This document shows positions 25,337 to 36,129 of a stretch of DNA of 64,000 nucleotides, in pieces. The notes below the pieces were generated by a model. The model was not told where the DNA came from, did not search any database, and saw only the letters and a list, made by a program, of their open reading frames with translations. The DNA is from Haplodiscus bocki (lineage: Eukaryota), in the NCBI GenBank assembly GCA_965655095.1, contig OZ296658.1:51088001-51152000 (forward strand), read 5' to 3'. A program made the translations under genes and the position numbers. Each line of letters begins with the position of its first letter. The first letter of the stretch is position 1.

Positions 25337-26580
25337 AATAGGCGTCGATTTTCCTATGTTTTAGGGGATGTTTCAAAGTTAATTGAAGGTTGCAAAACAA
25401 ATAAAAGATGGGAAGGTCGTTTATTCGTTGTTTTGTGAAAAGTAGTTACGAACTACAAAAGGGTTTTTGAAGACCGGGTTACGTAAACAGAAATTTTCTA
25501 TGGCCTTAGGACTTCATCCAGTCAGCGAAGTCTGGACAATATCGCTAAGGTGAACAAAAAGTAGGGTGATATGACTTTTGAGGTATCAACATGACAATGA
25601 AATCTGGACGCAATCGTGAAAAAGTGTTTGAAGCTGTTGAGAATTCAACCATTCATGGAAGTGTGGACGCAACTCCAGCAGCTGAAAAACGAGCGCGTTT
25701 ACGAAAGGGAAAAGGTGATGTTCGTTTTCTTTTGAGCGTTTTGTGTACGCTAATTAGGTCTTTTCGGTCGGCTTTTAGCAGTAATTGAGGAGAGATCACT
25801 TTTTTCTGCTAAATAAAATCTATGTTCTTCAATTCAATCTGAAGTCTCTTGTGTAATGCTCTCAACTGGTTCAAAAGATGGGTACTAATTTGCTTTCTTA
25901 CGGAGAAAAATCAATTACAATGCTGAACTCTTGAATAAAAATGCTTTTTTCCGTTTCTTGGATTGAATCAAATATACCGGGCGTACGGCCACGCTGGCAA
26001 TACACAAGAGCACTGAGCTTGTCCTGAGGAGTTTCCAAAACCTTTATTAGATTCGGTACTGATATTGGTCGGTAAAAATTACTTTTTTTTCTACAAATGC
26101 TTTTATTCAACACATCGTGCCAAAGAACAACCTCGGTTTTACCTTTCAGAACTTTTAAAAATAAATTTTGCACAAATTTTCTGGGATTTATCGCTTACGG
26201 TTTAGGACTTAGGCCCGGGATAGTGTGAACTTTTTACTTCTACTTTGATTGTTGTTCAGAGCTCAACGCGTATGTCGGAAGATGAATGGAACTTCAAAAA
26301 ATTTTCAACGATTTTCATGCGAAAACGTGTTTTTTTAAAAAAATTCGCGGTTTTAGAGTAAACAACGGGATACTGGGAAAAAATCACAGGTTGTGAAAAC
26401 AAAAGTGCAAACTTTTCGGAGAGATTTTCGAAAAAAAGTTAACAAGTCTTTAGCTCGAAAATATAAAATTTGAGACGTCAGAGATAAAAAGTTCAAGTTT
26501 AATCAAACCGGAACCGGTATTACTCTCGTTCTTTTGGTTCTTCACGTGCTTGAGATAGTTCGATACATTGCTCGTCTACA
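25337..26580 (-). repeat. BEL 5' LTR (type S, ~1.24 kb)
   Basis: Starts TGTAGACG and ends with decayed inverse CGCCTA..; AATAAA ~80 nt before the end; followed by TGGTGTTGCCTG (PBS-like) and the gag ATG at 25314. Confidence 0.65.
25720..26318 (-). pseudogene. SGNH/GDSL-hydrolase-like ORF inside LTR
   Basis: Block-I-like IFxSSIH, block-II HTIPGLS, block-III-like VVLWHDVLNKS, ALVYC strand, block-V-like RALH, basic tail; ~200 codons with stops. Confidence 0.55.
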
Positions 26581-26581
26581 C

Positions 26582-27097
26582 AGGTGAGGTGTTGGAAAAT
26601 CCACAGTTTCATTCGCTTCATTTACCGAATTCTGAGTAAGGCTGGACAATTGATCCATATTTACCGATGTGTTATTTGCAGTCAAGTTTCGGTGTCCATC
26701 ATTACACATCCGATTAGCCATATTGTCAGCTTATTGATTCACTTCGGGTGAATGAGGCGTGGTACCCATCATGTCAGTCACCTTATGCTTTTGACCCATA
26801 AGGTTTGACACTTGAATCATTGCTTCATTAATTGGACGAGGATTGCCAATTTTCTGCACGAAGTCTTTGTTTGCTCTGTGATCAAGATGCCATTAATTTG
26901 ACTCGCACTCTTTTCCTGTGTTGAACTGTCTCATCATCAAACATCTGAAGCGGACACTTAGATCATTCCTGATAGCATCGACTGAAATCATCCGGTAGCT
27001 CTTCGCGGGCACTTTCACTTCCGTAACCTCATTAATGTCAACGATTGCTATGTCTTCCGTTTTGTATTCCGTAAAACAAGGGATTTGACAAGTTTTC
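26582..27097 (-). pseudogene. Fragment of another coding element (possibly post-protease spacer of a Gypsy pol) into which the BEL LTR inserted
   Basis: QIPCFTEYK..EVKVPAKSYRMI.. continuing to ..VDFPTPHL, cut at the LTR TG; partial second copy at 49969-50162. Confidence 0.4.
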
Positions 27098-27102
27098 AAC
27101 TT

Positions 27103-27585
27103 GTGGGAGGTTCAGAGATCATTGAAGGAAGCGTCCAAAAATCCTGTTTGTTGGAAAGATCCAAAAGACAACGTATATGATCTTGGCAGTTATTGCGCCT
27201 AACAGCGTGGTATCTGAGCATTGTTTTTCGGAAGAAACTTTGACAGTCAGGGTAATGGTTCGTACTAGAGTCGTATCCGCAAAGTTTTCTATCTTTGGTA
27301 ACCTGTAATAGTTTTTGCTTTAGCTCTGTTAGATAGATTAACACGTGCTTTATTATTGGCAGCACCATATGGATTTTCATTACAATCAACAACTCGATTT
27401 GGGCTAAAGTGTTGCAAATTAAGACGTCCTCTGCAGTCATAAAGACATACCAGTAGATTATTGATTTTGTCCTGGTGAATTGTTGCGGAAAAATCAGGAG
27501 GGTCGACGGCCCGAGGAGGTTGTGGATTCTTAGTAGAAGAGGGGCGAAGAGTCAAAAAGAAGATGGATAAAATAAATCTGAACAT
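27103..27585 (-). pseudogene. env: env N-terminal part, copy 1
   Basis: Signal peptide MFRFILSIFFLTLRPSST, then LYDCRGRLNLQHFSPNRVVDC..KARVNL..RAKAKTITGY. Confidence 0.75.
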
Positions 27586-27609
27586 GGGTTTTGGAAGGTA
27601 ACGATACGG

Positions 27610-28080
27610 TGTGCAGAACATCAACAGTGTCAAAGACAAACTTAAGTATCGAGCAAACAATGGAAGCACGAAAAGTTTTATAAGTAATTTCTGGACTAAA
27701 ATGGAATTGAATGGACACGCTTATGAAAAGCTGTAAACTCTTCGGCTTCATACAGCTCGTTTTAAGACGACTGTTTCTGAATATCATATATTTCAGTGTG
27801 TATTTGAGCTCAATTCCGCCCTGACTAACAATTTCATCAACACGACAAATTCGATGAACTGGAAAAAGAACAAACATACTTTGATCAATATTCGTACCCA
27901 ATACAATTGAAACGACAATAATAATCTTTCAAGATAACTTGAGACCTTGGGAAGAAAAACATTTCGCCGTTTGCGGGGTTGGAACTTCGGACACTGGAAT
28001 TTCAGTCGGACAATCTAGCTCTAGACCATCGGTCTTCGTAAAAGTTCATTTTTTTCTGTTACATATATTGCTTCGCAACA
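27610..28080 (-). repeat. BEL LTR type T (solo copy, ~470 bp)
   Basis: Starts TGTTGCG, ends TGCACA; flanked by CGGTAC / CCGTAT; homologous to 41311-41781. Confidence 0.6.
27965..28034 (-). ncRNA. tRNA-like Pol III unit in LTR-T (copy 1)
   Basis: A-box-like TGGTCTAGAGCTAG, B-box-like AGTTCCAACC, TTTTT 5 nt downstream. Confidence 0.55.
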
Positions 28081-28229
28081 GTACCGTGTTCGTCAACACG
28101 ATCAAAGTCAAATTCAGTTCCTGAACAAACAAAGGAAGCGGGAAAGGTTTTATACGTGTTTTCTGTACAAAAAAACTGGAGGAAAATAAAAGGCTAAGAA
28201 ACAAACACTAATTGCAAACTGGTTTTTTA

Positions 28230-31200
28230 AGTCCGGTTGTGTGGGATTAGACTTCCTTTAGTCTTTCTGGCAGGGCTAAGACTGAGTGAGCGGTTTATAT
28301 TAAAAATGCCATCTGATTCCATTTCATCAAATAAGTCAGTACCAGCATTCTTTGACAGGAAAAAAGTTGTACTACGTCGATTTGGGATATTCTGATGTGC
28401 AAGTTGAAGTTAGGAGGAGGAGTAGAGACTGAAACTTTGAACAATTCGTTCAACACAGGGAAAAGATTTTTCGTATATCTCAACCGAGGAGGTTGTAAAC
28501 TTAAGAAGATTATCTATTGGCCTTACATGAAAAAAAGGCGAATGTTTTAAGGGCAAACTTAAATTTACAGTTTGAATTACTTTCGGGAGTAGATGGTGAT
28601 CGAGACCTAATTGGAGTCGGAGTACATATGGTGATGATTGAACAATTGCCAGAGAGTTTGTGGGTTTAGTTAAAATTTTAGGTGAAAGACTTCCTGGAGG
28701 GCGTGATATAGGAAAGGAGCTCCAAGTTATATGATTTATTGCACCGGTGTTTTTGAAATCATCATCAGATAGAGTGATTGCATCATCTGAAAGAAAAATA
28801 GTATCGTTAAAATGGCTACCCTGGAGTAGGTCTGGGAGGATTCAAGTTCGAGGATTCTTTTGGTTTGCGTTTGATGAAGAATGTTCGGTAGAACGAAATT
28901 AAACTGTACCTTGCCTTGAGAGAGAGTAGTTTGGGAAAGAGTCTTTTCAATTCTTGTTACAGAGTGTCCAAATTCAGAAAAAAAAGAATAGTTCTGATTT
29001 TAACTTTCAACTCTGTTTAGTGACTGAGTATAAATTTTTATTTAGTACTTTATTCACGGCAAAGTTGAACAAAAGTAGTTATCGGGAACAATTTTGAAAT
29101 TGAAAAACGAATTGATTTTAAGCTTGTAAACAAAAAGTGATTTTTATAAGATTATAAAAGCAATTACGAATTCTTTTCGAGGTGCTCACTGATTGGTCAT
29201 CATGTTGTTGAGTTTTGTGAAATTTTTCGTGCCAGGCTTAAATCTTTTCCTCCGATTCGTTTGTTTCAAACGTCTTGACACTTTAATGTCTTTTGATTCC
29301 GTTTTGATGACGTTAAAATTCGTTTGAGTTCTTTTTAAACCATAATTTCATTACATGAGCTCAAATTGAACTTTCAAGAACGGAATATTTTTTCCGATAA
29401 AAATTGGGGGGCTGCCTACGGAGACTGCTTCTGAGTCTTCACTGGGAGAATGTTGTATTTACGAAAATTGCGGCGTCAAATTGAGACACTGTTGGTAATA
29501 TTCCGTCTGATTGAGGATTTTAATTTGACTGTTTGGTAGATTTTGGGAAGATATTGTGTCAAGTGGAGACCCTGGCTGTATATGTTTGGTTAATTGAGTA
29601 ATTTTCCTTTGACTAATTGGCACCCTTTGGAATCGTCCTGAAGTTTCAAATGATAATGGTGACGAAAAGTCGGCGTCGAGATGGGTGTGCAAGTTGTCAA
29701 ATAAACTGGGATCCCCTGAGGTGTCCCCGTCGGAAATATCTATAGATGCACACCGGGAACTACCGGGAGACTGTATATTTTCTGGTGTTTTAAATGGGAA
29801 AATGGTGATAAGAGGCTTAAATGAGACGTTTCAAAACTTTCGAAAAAAATTGTCTAATTACTGTTTGAGGAGGTCAAATGTGATTAGTCGATTTGTGTGT
29901 GCTTATAAAACAATTCCTTGAATAGACATTCTTTCGTAAATTACATCTGTTATTTTTCTCACAGCATAATTTTGGCCTTTTTTAATGTTTGAAATTTTTC
30001 AGATTATTTCGGGTTTTTTTGCAACTTCTGTGTGAAACAAAGATGCATTCTTTTAATTTATATGCCTTGCCAAATCTGTTATTTCTTCCAGGTTTAGACA
30101 ATCATCTCTCTTTAATTGTCAATTTTTGACAAAAATAGAAATCACAACAATGATTTTGCCATTTACAGTGTATATGAAAACAATGGTTTCGATAAAAGTG
30201 ATTGAATTACTCTGATCCGATCCGTTAACTTTTTATGCGAGTGGATTAGTATATATCTGTAAAATGAGCTAATTTAGATAACACTTTGATTGTGAGTATA
30301 TTCTGAAGGAAATTCGATTGGCACTCGAGGTATGTCTTTGAATACCTTTTCATCTGGGGAAAATTGAGTGAGAATTTGAGTATTATGAGCAGAATTAAAA
30401 AACTGCGCTTGGTCTCACCAATGGATATTAACTTGTTAATTTGCTGTGTAGTGGTTGGACTAAATCATCCAAGGTGCCAAATAAGCTAATCCAGCTCTCA
30501 ACTATGCCATTCCCCCAGGAATGTGAAGGTATCTCGGACAATATTTAGAGACCAAGGAATTGCCCAGATTTGCAATTATGGTTGGAAAATTTTCTGTTTC
30601 TTTGTCAGTGACTATATTTTTCCGTGGGCCGAAAAAAAATTCGACTGGTTTACTAAAACATCTGCTGCGTCATTTAGTTGATTTGACTTGGTAACGACGA
30701 AATGTGTGAGTGCATCGAGAATGGCAAAGCTTCAACAATTTCACTCTGATGCATAGTGGAGCTTTCCTTTGTTTTCCATGCTGCTACGCTAAATAAATCC
30801 TCCATTAGTTTCAACAAATTCAAGTTGAGGAGCGATGTTGATATCCATTCTGAAAACTTCTGTAGTTTGACAGGATGGACAAACTTTTTAATTGAAGATC
30901 AATCCTTTTTCGTAGGCCGGGAAAATGAAAACGAGTTTGAAGTCATTACAAGTGCCTTCCTGATCATAATGATCGGAAATGTCAAACCAGTGTTCTTTAA
31001 AAATCGGTGCATAGTATTTTTATCGGTAAGCAAGATTGTCTTTCGGTAATGGATGACACTAAAGTCCCCAATAAAATGTCATTTGGAGAAGGTCCGAATT
31101 TTAACCATCTGATAAAAGGCGATATCGTTCAGAAAATGATTTGGAGATCTATTTGCTTTAACTGTCGCAGTTTTTTGGTAGGTATTGTAGTGGATGGCTC

Positions 31201-34200
31201 CGTGAACCAATTTCTTATATTCTTCACAGCAAATTCAATTTTTTTATGTTGGAGAAGGACTGCATTATCGAGTTTACGATTTTTTTGGTGCAAAAAGGTC
31301 ATGACTTTGTTTGGACTCATGTCAAAGATAGTAGTCAGGGGAGATTTCTAAAGTGTCTTCAATTCAAGCGAAAAACTGCTGAGTTATGGTCGAGATACGT
31401 TTTTTGCAATACTACTTTCCGGTTGGTAAATGGTAGCGTTCTCGAGTTCCAACCGGAAGTAGTTGAATACTTCTCGAGTTGCACTTCTTCTATTAAATGT
31501 ATCGTTATCGTCACCATGAATCTCAGTATCATTTAGGAAGGCCGAGGACGCGGCAAGTGATTTTTTTCTTCATTTGTTTTATAGAGATAGAGCTGTTTTC
31601 AAAAACAATTAAATATTTAGGTCTTCAAGTGGAGTGCTGTTGTATGTAAGTGGTGTGATGTCCTTTGAAGCCAATATCAAACATTTGAAGAAATAACTTT
31701 TTTTCGTCATTCTCACAAAAAAATTGATAAGAGTTGTTTAAGTCTTGAAATGTAATTGGTTCATCTTTTTTTTAAAACTGAGTGTGGTTAAAGTTGGCTA
31801 AATCCTTAGAAGCGGCGGTATGAAACTCAATTGATTGTGAAATTGTTTTTAGAACTTCTTGTTGCTTCTTGACAAACTTTGTTGAAAAATTTCTGCTTAA
31901 GAAGTCAGCCCAGCAATGTGTTTGTCCTTGTCTCATAAAAAATTTCGGAAACCTTGTGAGAGCATTTTGGCATCTGAAAAATCGGAGATTTTTATTGCTT
32001 TTCAGGGAAGAGAGGCTAAGAATTGTTTTTTGTTCCGTGAAATTTTCAACGGTGCGTCTGGAGCCAAATGTTGAAAAAAACACAAACTTTTAATGCATGA
32101 ATAATGGCAGTAAGTTCTCGGTAGATAACATCATTTTTTTGTTCACTTTCTGCGAAAACACGTAAGTCATAGAAACTGACTTGTATTTGTCCTCTGCAAT
32201 CCACTTGGATAAGCATTGTGGATACTCTGATAGCAGAAGAATCAACCATAATCAAAAAGGATTGTTCTTATTTGGTAGTGTCAAATCATAATTTTGTCCT
32301 CATTTTGTTTCACTTGGAGGAAAACAGCTTCTTGTTTTCTCTATCAAAAAAAAGACGTTATCTTTTAAAGGTGTATACAATGCAACAAGTTCTACCTGCA
32401 AATTCAGAATAAACTGTGAATATCAATTTAAAGCTCCTAACAGTTTCAGAGCACTTTTTTAGGATCAAAAAGTTTCTTTTCTTGGAATGCCTTTATTTGG
32501 TCTGGAAGTAGTCTGATTCTGTTTTGGTTGATGACATGGCCAACAAATTCAACGGTCGTAAGGAAAAAATAAGTTTTATCTTGAGGGGTTTCAAATTTAC
32601 ATTTCCCCTAATGTTTCATGCAAATTAGAAAGTCTATCAGACTTTTGTTTTTAAATATCAGCTCGAATCAATAAGTAATCAGTTTGTAAGATAGTTTCAT
32701 TCCTTCTGAGGAGCGGTGAAAAAAGAAATCTCATTACGCCGACAAAAACAACACGTAAAGCGTTCAATCCATGAAATTTTTGTTTGTATTGTTTAATATC
32801 AACCAAACTTGAACAACTCTTTGAGTTTCTGGTGTTAAGGCAACTTGGTGGCATGAAGTGGTGGTAAGGTTGATTGTACTGACTAATAGCGTCGTTTCGT
32901 GGTACTAAATTTTGAACTGTTAGCAAACTGAAATGGTATTTCGATACATCAGTTATTGCATTAGGTAGTCTGGCATCGCTAGCGACTTTGAATATGTCAC
33001 TTTTTGGAAGAAAAATATTGGAGTCAAAAAATTCAGAACCAAATTCATTATTTCCTGCAGCATCAAGATCAAATAATTCAATAATTCCATTCGTTTCTTT
33101 TTAGTGGTGAAACTTTTCTATTTTATCAAAGTAAGGTATTGGGATTTTTGTGATGCGTTGATTTTTTAAATCTGCGTTTGTTTGCAATGTAATTTGATGT
33201 TGTAGGTCAAGGACACCAAGATTATCCTCATATTGTGAGTACACATCTTGAAATTCCTAAAGAAGTTGCATAAGGTTAAATAATTCTCGGGGAGAGAGTT
33301 GTCTGTGTAAAAATTTAATTTGCGGAGGATTGTATGATAGTTAGGGTCAAGTTTTTGGATGAGTGTAGTAAAGGTAGAGGATTCTCTAAAGAGATGTGAC
33401 TGAGTTCGTGAAGTGCAGAGACAAAAGATTGTGTGGTAATGGATGCATAGTCGGTATGCACATCGAAGGTGTTTGGACAATTTATATATCTTAAAGTTTA
33501 ACTTACTTGATTAAGATTGTAAACTGTATATGGCCGAGGTTGTGGCTTTTTGACATTGCATTCTCATTGGAAATCAATGTATTCTAAAAATTATTTGTGT
33601 ATAGCAATCGGAACTTTTGTTTTGTTTCTAGAACAACATTGAAGCGTTAAATTTTTGGAATAGGGTCATACAGTTCGGTAAAACTCAATTCATGGTAGTA
33701 CTTTCAGAAAAAATGGAAAGAAGCAATGCTTATAATTCGGTTAGTAGTTTGTGGTTTGGTTTTACTTTCTTGCAGCGGAAACGTAAAAAGACGTATGTCG
33801 TTACCGGGAAGATTGATGTGTTTTTTGACAGTTAGATTCTAAACATTAAATAGAACAAAGGTTGTTCATGAGATACATGAAGAAATGAGTTTTTGTTTAG
33901 ATTTGCCGTATTATATAGAATAATTTTCAGGTTTAGTTGTGCGTGTTAAGTGTCAATTGACTTGCAATATGTTTGTAAGACTCGGAGGCCAAAAATATTA
34001 TTTTATGTATCAGCAATCGGGAAGGTAATGGCTAGTGTTGTTGAAAGATCTCGGAAAGGAAAAATGGTTGAGTCAACATTCCTTCTATTGAAAAAAACTG
34101 AAAATTTGCTGTTCGTAGTTTTGTTTCCCAGTAAGTTTCATATTCGTATTTGAATTGTTTTATAGGAATATTAATTTCATTCCAGGTAGGAGAATTCAAG

Positions 34201-34825
34201 ATACTAATAGTGGCTTTAGTGCCGGGCAAAGACTCTACTCCAAGGAAGTTTGGTTCTGATTTTTGAGTTGGTTTCTTCACGGACACCTTAGGAGTTTTAA
34301 AACAACTTGAACCAATTCTAGTAATAACATCTAGACTATTCTTTTCTTTCAAATATTCCCACATCAGAACAAAGTCAGTAATCACAAAGAGCTTGCAAAA
34401 CATCTTCGAGATTGTCTGTATTTTGACGAAACGCTGGTGATTGGTTATTTTGGTTTATCGGACGAAAATGACTATGTGAAGTAAGCCGATTAGGAGTAAT
34501 TGATTTGGAACTAATTCTAAGAATACGAGAATAGTTTTCATTGTAATAACGGTTTGGAGAAGAAGATCTAGTGTTATTATTAATCCTCCCGTTTGTATTT
34601 TGACGGTCATATTTGTCATATGAAGGATAATTTTGTCTGGATGAGCGAAGTCTAACAAGAGATTGGCATTGGTCTCGACAATTTGACTCATGAGGAGAGA
34701 GGTAGATTTCTGGAGCTCGCTTGTTAGGTAAATCTTGGTTGTTCCTGAAAGACTTCATAAACTATTTTTGAGTCCCAGATTGAAGAGGTTGGTGCTCGTT
34801 TTGTTCCAAGGATTCGAAGTTTATT
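28230..34825 (-). pseudogene. pol: Gypsy gag 3' part plus pol (PR-RT-RH-IN with long C-terminal extension)
   Basis: PR SLPGTKATISILN (~34230; decayed DTGA); RT ..QVALTPETQR.., DKTYFFLTTVEFVGHVI (~32.5-33.1 kb); RH IMVDSSAIRVS..YRELTAII (32046-32255); IN ILDALTHFV, IVTDKR (~30.4-30.9 kb). About 1.9 kb of gag is deleted at ~34830. Confidence 0.88.
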
Positions 34826-35138
34826 AAAGTAATTAAAGTACAAAATGAGGTTAGTCTACTATCATGAGAAAAAGGATTTTATGTAGATTTGAATCATGGC
34901 GGTAGAGGTGAAGGTTGATGTTGCTGTTTAATCGTATATGAAGGCGTTTGTTAACTAAACAAAGGAAATCAGTGAGGGAGAATGACAGAAAGTATACAAT
35001 TCTGAATATTCGGTGCGAAGATTGAGGACGACGCGATTGTACCGAAAATGGTACGTTTGCCTAAATTTGAAGCGAGGTTTTGTTAAAAGAGGTAATTTTG
35101 AAAACACCTTCAAGAAATTGAGTTCAAAAGTCGCACCA

Positions 35139-35914
35139 TTTGAACTAAGCAAGTTGATCAGTCTTTCATCTCCATTGAAATCACTCGATCTTTAGTCTTA
35201 GTAGGAACCTCTACAAACTTATTGCTTAAATCAAATGTGCCGATTGCGTAAATACTAATTCCAGAACGGAAGAACTTTCTTCTAAAACTTCACTTCCCCT
35301 TAATGTTAGTCTCACAATGCTTTTTGGAACATTCCACGATGTAACGTTGGGTTAGCTCTTCAACCTTTCTTTCTCATATTACCATTACAAAGCGTTAAAG
35401 CGTTGGTTAACATTCCTCCGTTAGAGAGTTTTTTCCTTTATCCAGTCCGCCTTATCTGGGTCTGAATATGTTTGTTTCTTTGTTGTTGATTTTTCATGTA
35501 GGTATATATTCAACCTCGAGATAATTTAGTGTTGTTTGCTGTTTTTTATACGAAGCTGAGACTTGTTCTACTTTATTCATACTAACAGCAGTAACAGTAA
35601 TAGCTATTCCACAGTTCATTAGTTTCCACAAATGAATTGTGTTGTTGTTTATTAGAAAAGGTAAGAGATCGGATTTTAGTGCCGTCGTTCAGTTGACAAC
35701 AATGTAGTTAAAATTATTAGGAATTTGATTGGTTGCTAGCAGCCAGTGGCTTTCGCCGTTTGTGTTGTTTAAAGAAGAGGTATAGAGATCGAGAATGTTG
35801 AAATGAGTTGTTTATGTCGTAAATTTGATCATCTGTGGCTGCAATTATAAGATTTGTTGCTACATAGTTATTGGATAAGTCAGTTTGGATCTGATACACA
35901 GTTTAGATTTCACA
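35139..35914 (-). repeat. Gypsy LTR-A copy 2
   Basis: PPT gtggaaacgagaac, TGTGAAATCTAA start, TTAGTTCA end, PBS TGGTGCGACT. Confidence 0.85.
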
Positions 35915-36129
35915 GTTCTCGTTTCCACGAACTGTCGGACTTCATTTTGTACTCAATGCTCAAGAATGGCTAGCGGGCCTATATTGTGTGGCTTTTGTTT
36001 CTCTAAAGAAACGTTAAAAGGTTTTATCTTTTGAATGTCAGTTGTTATCTATGCCTCCTGGGTTAAGGAGTCTTATCAATCATAACGGTAGGAGTTGTTC
36101 CCATAGTGGGCAACCAAGTAAAATGGTAA

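Noticed and set aside
25500-25552. Hairpin in LTR-S considered as a hammerhead ribozyme
   Set aside because: Lacks the CUGANGA and GAAA core in the proper arrangement.
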